DNA from: Lachnospiraceae bacterium
GTDB taxonomy: Bacteria; Bacillota; Clostridia; Lachnospirales; Lachnospiraceae
Reading direction: 5' to 3'
Assembly (NCBI GenBank): GCA_045123575.1
Contig: JBGVKG010000017.1
Location: forward strand, 15,520 to 79,519
DNA: 64,000 nt
Shown here: piece after piece, positions 10,580-20,816 of the stretch
Position numbering within the stretch: the stretch's first letter is position 1
How the letters are laid out: each line of letters opens with the position of its first letter
Position numbers and translations under genes: made by a program
The notes under the pieces: generated by a model
The model's database searches: none
Told to the model about the DNA's origin: nothing
What the model saw: the letters and a program-made list of their open reading frames with translations, nothing else

Positions 10580-10745
10580 TTTTTTCCACCTTCTATCTTA
10601 GGTATTTGCACGTATAATTTAATTCATATTATATCCTATTTTATAATATTACGCAAGTATTTTTATGATTTTGCATAACTTTTTATAATATTCTTAATAC
10701 TATATTTAATAAACAAAATTTTAATCGTACATACAAGGAGTTTCT

Positions 10746-11555
10746 ATGATAAAAATCAAAAAAATGTATGAAACAATATTGAATTTTTCACGCCAATTGT
10801 CGTATGACCACGTGGGTGCTTATGCCGCCACCTCATCTTTTTTCGTCATAATATCTATCTTCCCAATACTTATGCTTTTACTGGCATTACTTCGCTACAC
10901 ACCAGTAACTGAGCATTTCCTACTAAACAGCGTTTTAAGTATAACACCTAGTAGTCTAGACGGTCTTATTAGACAAATTGTAAATGAAATGTATCACCGT
11001 TCCAATTTCACTATAATATCTGCTACTGCATTAACCGCATTGTGGTCTTCTTCTCGTGCCACTTTATCTATAATACGTGGATTAAATGCAGTTTTTGGTG
11101 TAAACGAAAACCGCAACTATATTCATCTTCGTATAGTTGCGGTCTTTTACACTGTAGTTTTCTTAATTATTATAGTTTTAGCCTTAGGTATTATGGTCTT
11201 TGGAAATAGTTTATTAGAATTCTTTCATAGCCATATTCCACCTATCTATGACATATCATCCTTTGTATTGAGCCTAAGAATGATATATATACCGATTATA
11301 TTCACTATAGGATTTATCTATTTGTACGGAATAGTTCCCAATAAAGCCTATAGTTTTCAAGATAGATTGCCTGGTGCAATATTTACTGCTGTGGGCTGGA
11401 TTACATTTTCATCAGCCTACTCATTCTACATTGATAACTTTGCAACCTCGACCTATATATATGGCAGTTTAACTACTGTGATTCTACTTATGCTCTGGAT
11501 ATACTTTTGTATGTATATACTATTTATAGGTGCAGAGATAAATATGTGGCGTTAA
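10746..11555 (+). CDS. YihY/BrkB-family membrane protein
   Basis: 269 aa and polytopic. The N-terminal GAYAATSSFFVIISIFPILMLLLAL and overall architecture are typical of the YihY/virulence factor BrkB family. Confidence 0.7.
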   Translation: MIKIKKMYETILNFSRQLSYDHVGAYAATSSFFVIISIFPILMLLLALLRYTPVTEHFLLNSVLSITPSSLDGLIRQIVNEMYHRSNFTIISATALTALWSSSRATLSIIRGLNAVFGVNENRNYIHLRIVAVFYTVVFLIIIVLALGIMVFGNSLLEFFHSHIPPIYDISSFVLSLRMIYIPIIFTIGFIYLYGIVPNKAYSFQDRLPGAIFTAVGWITFSSAYSFYIDNFATSTYIYGSLTTVILLMLWIYFCMYILFIGAEINMWR

Positions 11556-11558
11556 ACA

Positions 11559-13913
11559 CTAATATATCTTAGCCAAATTGATTCCTGTATAGAAAAACTC
11601 TAATATTTCTATACAGCTCTTGCCTGATTTCGCCATATAGTTAGCTGCATTTTGACTCATACCTACTCCATGACCATATCCTCCTCCTATAATATTATAG
11701 GAGGTCAATATGTTATCCTCTGTTATCTCCTCTAGTACAAAAAATCCACTTGGTAGCATAGTTGCTGTTGTATATTCATCACCTGAATTTCTCTTTATAG
11801 ATATACCTTCTGGCGATAATACTGTTCTAATGTAATACTCCTTATATACTCTAACAGTACACTCTGTTCCAAAGATTGTTATATAATCAAGAACACCGCC
11901 TTGGCCTCTCTCTCCACACTCTATCTTTTTTATATCACCAACATTATCAATCTTTTTTTCAATCCACTGACCTCTATCATTTAAAACCTTAACATTTCCA
12001 AGCTTTATTTGGCCAATATTTTTGTTGATAGCATTAGTAACCTGCTCTAATGTCATATTTAGATTCCATCTGTACCATGGATATTCGCTATCGTATGTCT
12101 TATAAGGTGTTCTTATAAATGCGCCAAAGGTATTCTCATCTGTTAAATCCATAGATAATGACTGTTCTGTCAATATCTTTCCTTGAGTATACGGCACCTT
12201 AGTACCCCATACAGAAGATGATGTAGTTGCACCACAAGATGTAGAGAAGAAATAAGCTGATATAGTCTTATCTCCATGCATCAACACCTGACCATAAGTT
12301 TCATCTACCGCGGCATTTGTAACAGTTTGCTCATCCGAGTTGCCATATACTTGATATGTCGTACTGTCATCTACATGCGCTCCATATTCGCTATATCCAT
12401 TCCCTAAAATGTGTATATAAGCAAAGCTTCTTGCGCAAATCGCCTGAGCCTTAAGTGCTTCATAGTTATAGCTCCAAGGCATCTCACTAGGTACCACACT
12501 ATATAGATACTGCTCTAATGGTAATTCATTGACAATGGCAAGCTTACCATCTTTTACTACCAACTCTACAGTTCCTCTATACGAAGGTGTTCCTTGTCCT
12601 CTTGTTAAACTATTTATAGTTATTCTTCCGTCTATACCATTAGATGTTATGACTATTCTTCCATCCTTAAGTACATCTGAATCTGGTTTGAAGGTAAATT
12701 CTTCTCCTGGCTTTAATTCAAACAAGCCACCGCCCTTGTTATAGTATACTCTACAACCATCCTTCGAACTGATAGTTACATAATCATGCAACAACTCCTT
12801 ATATCCATTTGTCTTTATAAGCACACGAATATTTGATGCTGTTAAATCTCTATCCATAACAATAGCTACAATCTTACCATCATTATTCAATATAAACTTT
12901 TGACTGTCATATCCTACAAGCACTTCATTTATGCTACTCATAGCAATATTTCCATATATTTTATATACCTTGCAGTAATCATCTACTTGATATACGCCAT
13001 TCTTCTCTATCTCTATACCATTTCCAGAAGATGACATTACCTTACCTGATACTGTTTTTGTCTTAAAGCTTATATCCTTTAACTTATGGTCCTGTACAGA
13101 AATATCAGCTACAACATTATTGTATATAGCAGTTTTATCGCTTGCAATAAATTCCCTATAAGCGCCCTCTATATATGCCTTCACTACGCCTCCCGACATA
13201 GATATAATCCAGCTATTGTGATATGTTACTTTTTCACTATATACAGATTTAACACATATTATTTCATCACCTTTTAACAGGACAGTTATTCCCTTATCTA
13301 TGTAATAGTCTAAAGCTAATCCCTCAAAACCAAGATCGCCATATGTTGTTTTTGATTGCCACTGTTCTATAGTTTCATCATTTGATATAGTTCCTGCTAC
13401 AACAAGATTTATAGACTTAATCTCCTTATTTAAGTCTAGTTTTTCCACCATTTTCCCATATATCTCAGTCCATTCATCTAACCTTATAGGATTTCCTGCT
13501 CTATTGTTCTTGACATAGGATAATAATTCCTTGTCTACTACACCAATATTTGTAAACAACTTTCCTAAATCCGAATATGTAAATGAATCTAATACAGCCT
13601 TTTCTGTAGGTGTTATCTCCTTCGTTGCAAAATACGCATCTTCATACATCATATTCATATACTTCTCGTACCAGGCATTTTCCTTTGACAAGAAATAATC
13701 TTTCTTTGTGGCTTCTATGTCTTCCATACTATGAAATAATAATGAAACCGCCTTTGCCACCTGTCCTCTATTTACAACATTATCCTTTGGATTATATCTA
13801 GAATCTGCTGTTGTTCCATACCAAATAAGTATCACAGCCATAACAACTGCTGCCACAATCAGCACTATATTTTTAATGCCTATATTTTTAACCTTTGACA
13901 ATAGTTCTTGCAT
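11559..13913 (-). CDS. SpoIID/LytB-domain protein (large, membrane-anchored)
   Basis: 784 aa with an N-terminal TM anchor. The C-terminal SpoIID-type domain has YLYSVVPSEMP, EALKAQAICARSFA and GHGVGMSQNAANYMA. Confidence 0.8.
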   Translation of the reverse strand: MQELLSKVKNIGIKNIVLIVAAVVMAVILIWYGTTADSRYNPKDNVVNRGQVAKAVSLLFHSMEDIEATKKDYFLSKENAWYEKYMNMMYEDAYFATKEITPTEKAVLDSFTYSDLGKLFTNIGVVDKELLSYVKNNRAGNPIRLDEWTEIYGKMVEKLDLNKEIKSINLVVAGTISNDETIEQWQSKTTYGDLGFEGLALDYYIDKGITVLLKGDEIICVKSVYSEKVTYHNSWIISMSGGVVKAYIEGAYREFIASDKTAIYNNVVADISVQDHKLKDISFKTKTVSGKVMSSSGNGIEIEKNGVYQVDDYCKVYKIYGNIAMSSINEVLVGYDSQKFILNNDGKIVAIVMDRDLTASNIRVLIKTNGYKELLHDYVTISSKDGCRVYYNKGGGLFELKPGEEFTFKPDSDVLKDGRIVITSNGIDGRITINSLTRGQGTPSYRGTVELVVKDGKLAIVNELPLEQYLYSVVPSEMPWSYNYEALKAQAICARSFAYIHILGNGYSEYGAHVDDSTTYQVYGNSDEQTVTNAAVDETYGQVLMHGDKTISAYFFSTSCGATTSSSVWGTKVPYTQGKILTEQSLSMDLTDENTFGAFIRTPYKTYDSEYPWYRWNLNMTLEQVTNAINKNIGQIKLGNVKVLNDRGQWIEKKIDNVGDIKKIECGERGQGGVLDYITIFGTECTVRVYKEYYIRTVLSPEGISIKRNSGDEYTTATMLPSGFFVLEEITEDNILTSYNIIGGGYGHGVGMSQNAANYMAKSGKSCIEILEFFYTGINLAKIY

Positions 13914-13950
13914 ATTTTGACCTTCCCTGTTTCAAATCTCTTTCATTTAG

Positions 13951-13979
13951 AAAAAAGCAGCATCACAATGCTGCTTTTT
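13951..13979 (-). terminator. Bidirectional-looking intrinsic terminator
   Basis: Stem agcagcat(13956-13963)/atgctgct(13968-13975) with a 4-nt loop, flanked by an A-run and a T-run. It lies immediately 3' (minus sense) of the candidate ncRNA. Confidence 0.65.
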
Positions 13980-13987
13980 CTATTCAA

Positions 13988-14176
13988 TATATGTATCCCA
14001 AAATGCCGGTTCCTGCGCTTTGAGTCCTAGCATAGCTAGGTGGGCAACCGCATCTGATACTCAGCCTTCCACTAATATATAACGAGGCTTGACATCATAT
14101 CTGAAATATAGGAATCCCTTTAAATAAATGTAGGTTCAAATAAAACAGGAGTATCGAGCATCCCAGGAAACATATA
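13988..14176 (-). ncRNA. Candidate 6S-like structured RNA (about 189 nt)
   Basis: Gene-free 330-nt gap. The minus-sense ends form a 19-position closing helix, 5' uauauguuuccugggaugc with 3' gcauuuugggauacauaua. It has 4 G-U pairs that would be C-A mismatches on the plus strand. The helix continues (ucg/cgg, uccug/cagga) into a large internal loop, an apical hairpin (aagccuc/gaaggcu) and a small 3'-side hairpin (ccuagc/cuagg). Confidence 0.45.
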
Positions 14177-14247
14177 CGATATAAAATTTATTTACTCATC
14201 TTTATGACTATAGTATACTCTCTTTTTTACATTTTTACAAGTATAAG

Positions 14248-14922
14248 TTAGTTTTTTTCTACGACATTATCCGCACTCTTAAATATAGAGTTTGAAGGAA
14301 TATATCCCCTAACACTAGATAATGGATAAATATTACTATGACTTCCCACAACAGTTCCAGGATTAAGCACAGAATTGCAGCCTACCTCTACCTCATCACC
14401 AAGTACTGCTCCCATTTTTTTCAGCCCAGTCTCTACCTTATCTGTTCCATACTTTATAGTAACTAATGTTTTATCTGATTTCACATTAGAAGTAATGCTA
14501 CCTGCTCCCATATGCGACTTATAGCCTAATATGGAATCTCCTACGTAGTTGTAATGTGGAACCTGTACCTTGTCAAAAAGAACTACATTCTTTAGCTCTG
14601 TAGAGTTGCCTACTACAGCTCCCTTTCCAACGATTGCATTGCCTCTTATGAATGCACAATGTCTAATCTCTGCATCCTTGTCAACAATCAATGGACTTCC
14701 TAAGAATGCTGTAGGTGCTACTTTTGCAGAATTAGCAATCCACACATTCTCGCTTACCATAGTATATTCATCCTTTGGAAGCTTCATTCCTAATTCTATG
14801 ATAAAATCTCCTATCTTAGGAAGAACCTCCCATGGATATACGGCACCTTCGAAAAGTGGTGCTGCTATAGTTGTCTCATTTAAGTTTTCAAATAATTTTT
14901 CGATTTTCATATTTCTCTCCAT
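14248..14922 (-). CDS. Left-handed beta-helix (hexapeptide-repeat) acyltransferase, GlmU C-terminal-like
   Basis: 224 aa with repeated [LIV]-G-x-x-x-x hexapeptides (IVGKGAVVGNSTELKNVVLFD, VGDSILGYKSHMGAGS, LGDEVEVGCNSVLNPGTVVG). Located downstream of glmS. Confidence 0.6.
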   Translation of the reverse strand: MERNMKIEKLFENLNETTIAAPLFEGAVYPWEVLPKIGDFIIELGMKLPKDEYTMVSENVWIANSAKVAPTAFLGSPLIVDKDAEIRHCAFIRGNAIVGKGAVVGNSTELKNVVLFDKVQVPHYNYVGDSILGYKSHMGAGSITSNVKSDKTLVTIKYGTDKVETGLKKMGAVLGDEVEVGCNSVLNPGTVVGSHSNIYPLSSVRGYIPSNSIFKSADNVVEKN

Positions 14923-15047
14923 TATTCCTCAAATGATACGGTGACTCCGTTTCTTCGAAACTCTCGTCCCCGTCAACTATTTACAAAATTTATGCCAACA
15001 TAAATGTTGCCTAAAATTTTGTCCATACTTGACTCGCTTGTATCATT

Positions 15048-16874
15048 CTATTCTACAGTTACACTCTTAGCAAGGTTTCTTGGCTTATCTACATCGCATC
15101 CCTTCAGAACAGATGTATAATAAGCAAGCATCTGTAATGGAACTACTGCTACCATAGGCATAAGTATATCACTTACCACTGGAAGCTTAATAACAACATC
15201 TGCCACATCTTCTGTCACATCTACATTTTCCTTGGCTATCATTACAACTTTAGCTCCACGAGCCTTTACTTCCTTAATGTTACTTACTGTCTTATCAAAT
15301 AATCTATCCTGTGTAGCCACTGCTATAACAGGCATATCCTCTGTTACAAGAGAGATTGTTCCATGCTTAAGCTCACCTGCTGCATATGATTCAGAATGAA
15401 TATATGATATCTCCTTAAGCTTAAGTGAGCCTTCCATACTAAGTGCATAATCTAAGCCTCTACCTATATAGAGGAGACTCTCTGAATTGATAAGAGTAGA
15501 TGCTGCATACTGACAATCGCTCTCTAATGCAAATGCTTCCTCTACCTTTGAAGGTATAGTCTCAAGCTCAGCAACCAATGCCTTACACTGTTCCTCTGTT
15601 ATTCTGCCATTTGCATATGCAAGCTCAAACGCTAACATATACATAATAGATAACTGCACCATATATGCCTTTGTAGACGCTACCGATATCTCTGGGCCAG
15701 CATGTGTATATACTACAAAGTCTGACTCTCTAGCTATAGATGAACCCTTCACGTTTACGATAGAAAGAGTTGTTGCCCCCATCTCCTTTGCAAGTCGTAA
15801 TACAGCCTTTGTATCTGCTGTCTCGCCTGACTGTGATATAAGTATAACTAAATCATCACTTCCTATAATAGGATTTCTATATCTAAACTCTGAAGCAATA
15901 TCTACGATAACTTCTACTCTAGCAAGCTCCTCTATAACATACTTGCCTACTAAACCTGCGTGCATAGCAGTTCCACAGGCAACAATATATATCTTTCTAT
16001 AGCTTTTAAGCATATCAAGTGTAATACCACACTCCTCAAGGAATGGCATACCATCCATTATTCTAGGTCTGATAGTTGTCTTTATAGCTGTTGGCTGCTC
16101 GTGAATCTCCTTTAACATAAAGTGCGCATATCCGCCCTTTTCTGCCGCTTCAATATCCCAGTTCGCATGCTGCACTTCCTTTGAAAGCTCTGTGCCATGG
16201 ATATCATATATCTTTACTTCATCTTCTGTAATCTCAGCAATCTCATCATATTCAAGCAGATAATAATCTCTTGTATATTTTAAGATAGCTGGTACGTCAG
16301 ATGCTATAAAATTCTCACCTTCACCAAGACCTACGATAAGAGGGCTATCTTTTCTAACAGAATATATCTTGCCAGGACAATCAGCAAATACGATTCCTAA
16401 CGCATAAGAACCCTCTATCTCAGCCAAAACCTGCTGAATAGTCTTAAACGGATCCTTCTCCTTGTTGTAATAGTAATCAAGAAGCTTCGCTACAGTCTCT
16501 GTATCAGTCTCAGACTCAAATACATATCCCTTCTTTGTAAGGAAACTCTTAAGTCTAATATAATTCTCTATAATACCATTGTGTACAATAGTAATCTTAG
16601 CATTACCATGTGGATGTGAATTAACATCAGAAGGCTCTCCGTGAGTTGCCCATCTTGTATGTCCTATACCACAATTACCTGTTGGTTTATGACCAGCATT
16701 CATCTTATCTGTCAAATCAACCAAACGTCCCTTAGTCTTTTCTACAACTATCTTTCCATCCTCAAACACCGCAATACCTGCTGAGTCATAGCCTCTGTAT
16801 TCAAGCTTTGACAATGCATCTACAAGTACGTCTGCACAATCCTTTTTACCTACATATCCTACGATACCACACAT
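15048..16874 (-). CDS. glmS: Glutamine--fructose-6-phosphate aminotransferase (isomerising)
   Basis: Begins MCGIVGY (catalytic Cys2), so the start is set at 16874. Two SIS domains; the C-terminus ...DKPRNLAKSVTVE is canonical GlmS. Confidence 0.95.
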   Translation of the reverse strand: MCGIVGYVGKKDCADVLVDALSKLEYRGYDSAGIAVFEDGKIVVEKTKGRLVDLTDKMNAGHKPTGNCGIGHTRWATHGEPSDVNSHPHGNAKITIVHNGIIENYIRLKSFLTKKGYVFESETDTETVAKLLDYYYNKEKDPFKTIQQVLAEIEGSYALGIVFADCPGKIYSVRKDSPLIVGLGEGENFIASDVPAILKYTRDYYLLEYDEIAEITEDEVKIYDIHGTELSKEVQHANWDIEAAEKGGYAHFMLKEIHEQPTAIKTTIRPRIMDGMPFLEECGITLDMLKSYRKIYIVACGTAMHAGLVGKYVIEELARVEVIVDIASEFRYRNPIIGSDDLVILISQSGETADTKAVLRLAKEMGATTLSIVNVKGSSIARESDFVVYTHAGPEISVASTKAYMVQLSIMYMLAFELAYANGRITEEQCKALVAELETIPSKVEEAFALESDCQYAASTLINSESLLYIGRGLDYALSMEGSLKLKEISYIHSESYAAGELKHGTISLVTEDMPVIAVATQDRLFDKTVSNIKEVKARGAKVVMIAKENVDVTEDVADVVIKLPVVSDILMPMVAVVPLQMLAYYTSVLKGCDVDKPRNLAKSVTVE

Positions 16875-16919
16875 AATTATATCCTTTCTTGTTATGCATA
16901 TATACAAATCTATCTTCTA

Positions 16920-18986
16920 CTATCTTTTGTAATGAACTGCTGCCATATCAAAAAGATACTTTAGCTTATCCTGATTGTATAAATTCTTTACTCCATTTAC
17001 TCTCTTTGACACAAAGTCACTTAATTTCTGCATATATTCGTCACTAGTTATGCTACCCTCAGCCACATAAGTCAGACCCTTTTCCCAACTAGCTGTTAGC
17101 TCTGGGTTAAGCAATGACGTAATAGACGAATTAACCACATCAAATATTACCTCTCCATACAGTGATGGTGTAAGCACCTGAGTCTTTTTATTCAGGTTAA
17201 TATAGTTAATATTGATGAGTTTTTTTAATATCTCAGCTCTAGTTGCTGACGTACCAATACCGCTACCCTTTATCTGTGCTCTTAGTTCTTCATCCTCTAT
17301 AAGCTGACCGGCATTTTCCATTGCCAATATGATAGAACCTGAATTATATCTCTTTGGTGGTGATGTTTCACCCTCCTTGATATTCAATTCTACAAGTGCT
17401 ATCTTATCATCCTTTTTAAGCTTTTTCAACCTCTCTATGACGGCCTCATCTAGTTTGATATCTGCTTCTTCAGCGCCATCTTCCTTAGATTTTTCCTCTG
17501 AATCTTCCTTAGTCTGTTCCTTAGTTACATCACTATTGTCCTTTTTGCTGTAACTATTGGCCACCTTGAGATATCCTTCATCCATGAGCACCTTAAAGCT
17601 CGCATAGAAATTCTCATGTCTCTCTATGTTATCTGCAAAGTCTGCCTTCAACACAAGACTTACCTTCTGATATGTTGCTGGTGGATAAAAAATACTTAAG
17701 AATCTTCTAACTATAACCTCATATACCTTCTCAGTAAGTGGATTAAGGGAATTCATAGCCCCCAGTCCCTGTCCTGTAGGTATGATAGCATAGTGGTCTG
17801 TTATCTGTTTATCATTAACATATCGTGTTGATGCTATCTTCTTGTAGCTACCCATATTCAAAGTTTCCTCTGCAAAGGCCCTAAATTTCTCAACCTTTGT
17901 AAGACCACTGATATTCTTGTATATCTCCTTTGCAACAGCACTAGATAATACTCTGGCATCTGTTCTTGGATATGTAACCATCTTCTTCTCATATAGTTCC
18001 TGAACTATACTAAGTGTCTGGTCTGGACTTATCTTAAACATCCTTGAACAGTCATTCTGAAGTTCCGCTAAGTTATATAACAGCGGTGGATTTTTTGTTT
18101 CCTTCTTCTTCTCTGCCTGCTCAACAGTAAGGTACTCTTTTCCTTGATTCTTTATATCACATATGAGCTCCTCTGCTCGTTCTCTCTCCTTGAAACCATT
18201 TTCCTTATACAGTGCTGGATGTCCCGCATACTTTGACTGCTCCTGCACTCTCCACTCTGCATCGAATTTGAATTCATCCAAATTCATTGCACCTAACACT
18301 CTGTAAAATGGTGTCTTTACAAACTCTCTTATCTCTCGCTCACGTCTGACAATCATACCTAGTACGCAGGTCATTACTCGACCCACAGAAACTACAGCTC
18401 TATCTTGCTTTAGATATGCCGCGATGCTACGTCCGTACTTTAGGGTCAATATACGCGAAAAGTTGATACCCATAAGATAATCCTCTTTTGCACGTAAATA
18501 TGCCGCAGCCGAAAGATTGTCATACTCACTTAAATCCTTTGCCTCTGTTATACCTCTGTTTATCTCTTCCTCTGTCTGTGAGTCTATCCATACACGTTTT
18601 CTAGCCTTGCCCTGTACACCAGACATCTGCTCAACCAAACGATATATGTACTCTCCTTCTCGTCCAGAGTCAGTACACACATATATGCAAGTAACATCAT
18701 CACGGCGCAACAGTTCACTAACTATATCAAACTGCTTCTTAACCGAAGGAATTACCTCATAAAGAAACTTTTCAGGTATAAATGGAAGTGTATCAATGCT
18801 CCACTTCTTTAATTTCTCATCATATACTTCCGGATAACTCATAGTAACCAAATGTCCGACGCACCATGTCACCACATAGTTATCAGACTCAAGATATCCA
18901 TCTTTTTTTCTCATATTCTCTTTTAAGGCCTTGGCAAATTCATTTGCCACACTAGGCTTCTCTGCTATAAATAAGCTCTTAGACAT
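16920..18986 (-). CDS. topB: DNA topoisomerase III (type IA)
   Basis: 688 aa. TOPRIM start LFIAEKPSVA, then WCVGHL, TDSGREGE and TYPRTD(A) around the catalytic Tyr region. Confidence 0.85.
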   Translation of the reverse strand: MSKSLFIAEKPSVANEFAKALKENMRKKDGYLESDNYVVTWCVGHLVTMSYPEVYDEKLKKWSIDTLPFIPEKFLYEVIPSVKKQFDIVSELLRRDDVTCIYVCTDSGREGEYIYRLVEQMSGVQGKARKRVWIDSQTEEEINRGITEAKDLSEYDNLSAAAYLRAKEDYLMGINFSRILTLKYGRSIAAYLKQDRAVVSVGRVMTCVLGMIVRREREIREFVKTPFYRVLGAMNLDEFKFDAEWRVQEQSKYAGHPALYKENGFKERERAEELICDIKNQGKEYLTVEQAEKKKETKNPPLLYNLAELQNDCSRMFKISPDQTLSIVQELYEKKMVTYPRTDARVLSSAVAKEIYKNISGLTKVEKFRAFAEETLNMGSYKKIASTRYVNDKQITDHYAIIPTGQGLGAMNSLNPLTEKVYEVIVRRFLSIFYPPATYQKVSLVLKADFADNIERHENFYASFKVLMDEGYLKVANSYSKKDNSDVTKEQTKEDSEEKSKEDGAEEADIKLDEAVIERLKKLKKDDKIALVELNIKEGETSPPKRYNSGSIILAMENAGQLIEDEELRAQIKGSGIGTSATRAEILKKLININYINLNKKTQVLTPSLYGEVIFDVVNSSITSLLNPELTASWEKGLTYVAEGSITSDEYMQKLSDFVSKRVNGVKNLYNQDKLKYLFDMAAVHYKR

Positions 18987-19046
18987 CTGTAACCAGTTAT
19001 CCTTTCTGTATTGATTGACTATGACTTAGCTGAAGGTCGAAATCCA

Positions 19047-19646
19047 TTAGGACTCCGACCCAGACTGTTCATCTAATGTTAAACTATATGCTGGAAGGAA
19101 GTTTTCCAAGAAATAATTTGCCTCCTCCATATTCATGGCTTTGATGGCTTCTACTGTTGAACGTTCCGCCTGTTCAAAATCCATATTTCCCATTCGTTTT
19201 TCCTCTACACACTTTATCAGCGCAGATATCTTATCTGCCGCCTTTACATATCTCCACAATTCCTTTTCGTCCTCATCCTCGTGAAGTAATGGTTCGTATA
19301 CTGAACGCATCTCTCTAGGTAAGGCTTTCAGAAGCTTATTGCCTGCTGCCGACTCAACATTCTTATAAGCAACCTTTATCTCGGGTGCAAAATACTTAAT
19401 AGGTGTTGGTAAATCGCCTGTTATAATCTCTGTTGTGTCATGGAACATGGCCAATACTGCTATACGTTCCTCATCTAGATGCTTTCCATAATAGGTATTG
19501 CCTATAACAGCTAATCCGTGTGCTATGACTGCTGTATCCAAACTATGCTCTGCAATATTCTCTGTAATGGTATTGCGCATAAGTCCCCATCTATTTATAT
19601 ATTTCATTCTCGCTAACATAGCGAAAAAGTTCTTAAATACTGCCAT
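19047..19646 (-). CDS. HD-domain 5'-deoxynucleotidase (YfbR-like)
   Basis: 199 aa with INRWGLMRN, EHSL, and MFHDTTEIITGDLPTPIKY (HD motif), matching YfbR-type nucleotidases. Confidence 0.7.
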   Translation of the reverse strand: MAVFKNFFAMLARMKYINRWGLMRNTITENIAEHSLDTAVIAHGLAVIGNTYYGKHLDEERIAVLAMFHDTTEIITGDLPTPIKYFAPEIKVAYKNVESAAGNKLLKALPREMRSVYEPLLHEDEDEKELWRYVKAADKISALIKCVEEKRMGNMDFEQAERSTVEAIKAMNMEEANYFLENFLPAYSLTLDEQSGSES

Positions 19647-19660
19647 ATAACTCCTCGATA

Positions 19661-20722
19661 CTACTTAACCATAAACTTGTATACAGTTGTTGTATTATAT
19701 ACATCTCCTGCTTTTAATACTGGCTGCTTAAAACTTGGTACATTGATTGCATTTGGGAAATACTGTGTTTCTAAGCACAAGCCATCATGACATCCATATG
19801 TAACACCATTCTTACAATACTTTCTCTCACCTATAAAGTTGCCTGCATAGAACTGTATACCAGGCAAATCTGTATATGTCTCCATATATATTCCACTGAC
19901 TTCACTCTCAAGTGATGCAACAAGTGATACCTCACCCTCTTGTGTCTTCAGAACCCAGTTGTGGTCATATCCTCTTCCCAGCTTAATCTGATCGTAATCT
20001 GACTTGATATCTGTACCGACTACCTTAGCCACTCTAAAGTCCATAGGAGTGCCATCAACCTTTATCAACTGACCATCTGGAAGTAAATGCTTATCAATAT
20101 GTGTAAACTCATCAGCATCTATCCATAACTTATGATCCAGTGCTGAACCTGATGCATGACCTGAAAGATTGAAATATGAATGATTTGTCATATTAACAAC
20201 TGTATCCTGATCACTCTTAGCCTCATACTCTATGATAACACAATTGTCCTCTGTGATAATATATCTAACCTGTATCTCCAATTCACCTGGGAAGCCCTGG
20301 TCACCATCTGGGCTAGTATATGAAAATGCTATGGTCTGTCCAAGCTCATCCTCATACATATCGCCCTCCCACAGTCTCTTTCCATATCCATTAAAACCGC
20401 TATGAAGGTTGTTTTTACCGTTATCATTCTTATCTAACTTATATGTCTTGCCATTTAACTCAAAGCTGGCACCGCCTATACGATTGGCATGTCGTCCAAC
20501 TGTTATACCAAAGTTAGGAAGATTTCCAATATATCCTTCTATTTTTTCGTACCCCAATACTACATCACATGGATTGCCATCTCTATCTGGTACCTCTAGG
20601 GATACAAGTGCTGCTCCTAAGTCTGTAAACTTAGCTGTCATTCCATTATCATTAGTTATTGTATAAAGATATGCTGTCTTACCGTCCTTAGTCTGTCCAA
20701 ATATTTCTTTTGAAAATGCCAT
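19661..20722 (-). CDS. galM: Aldose 1-epimerase (galactose mutarotase)
   Basis: 353 aa with VGRHANRI, NNLHSGF, TNHSYFNL and ETQYFPNA motifs characteristic of mutarotases. Confidence 0.85.
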   Translation of the reverse strand: MAFSKEIFGQTKDGKTAYLYTITNDNGMTAKFTDLGAALVSLEVPDRDGNPCDVVLGYEKIEGYIGNLPNFGITVGRHANRIGGASFELNGKTYKLDKNDNGKNNLHSGFNGYGKRLWEGDMYEDELGQTIAFSYTSPDGDQGFPGELEIQVRYIITEDNCVIIEYEAKSDQDTVVNMTNHSYFNLSGHASGSALDHKLWIDADEFTHIDKHLLPDGQLIKVDGTPMDFRVAKVVGTDIKSDYDQIKLGRGYDHNWVLKTQEGEVSLVASLESEVSGIYMETYTDLPGIQFYAGNFIGERKYCKNGVTYGCHDGLCLETQYFPNAINVPSFKQPVLKAGDVYNTTTVYKFMVK

Positions 20723-20816
20723 GTTCTTTATCTCCTTCTAAATATAACAATGGGGTAATCTCACGTACGCAAAACTACCCCTTAATCATACCATATTTAA
20801 TGTTAAAATGCAAACT

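Noticed and set aside
14941-15047. Possible structured element or terminator between glmS and the LbH gene (acaaaattt..aaattttgt inverted repeat).
   Set aside because: The stems are AT-only or short, with no convincing U-tract. This is insufficient evidence for a terminator or riboswitch.
16875-16919. Looked for a glmS ribozyme upstream of glmS.
   Set aside because: Only 45 nt separate the topB stop and the glmS start. That is too short for the roughly 170-nt ribozyme, and no conserved core sequence was evident.
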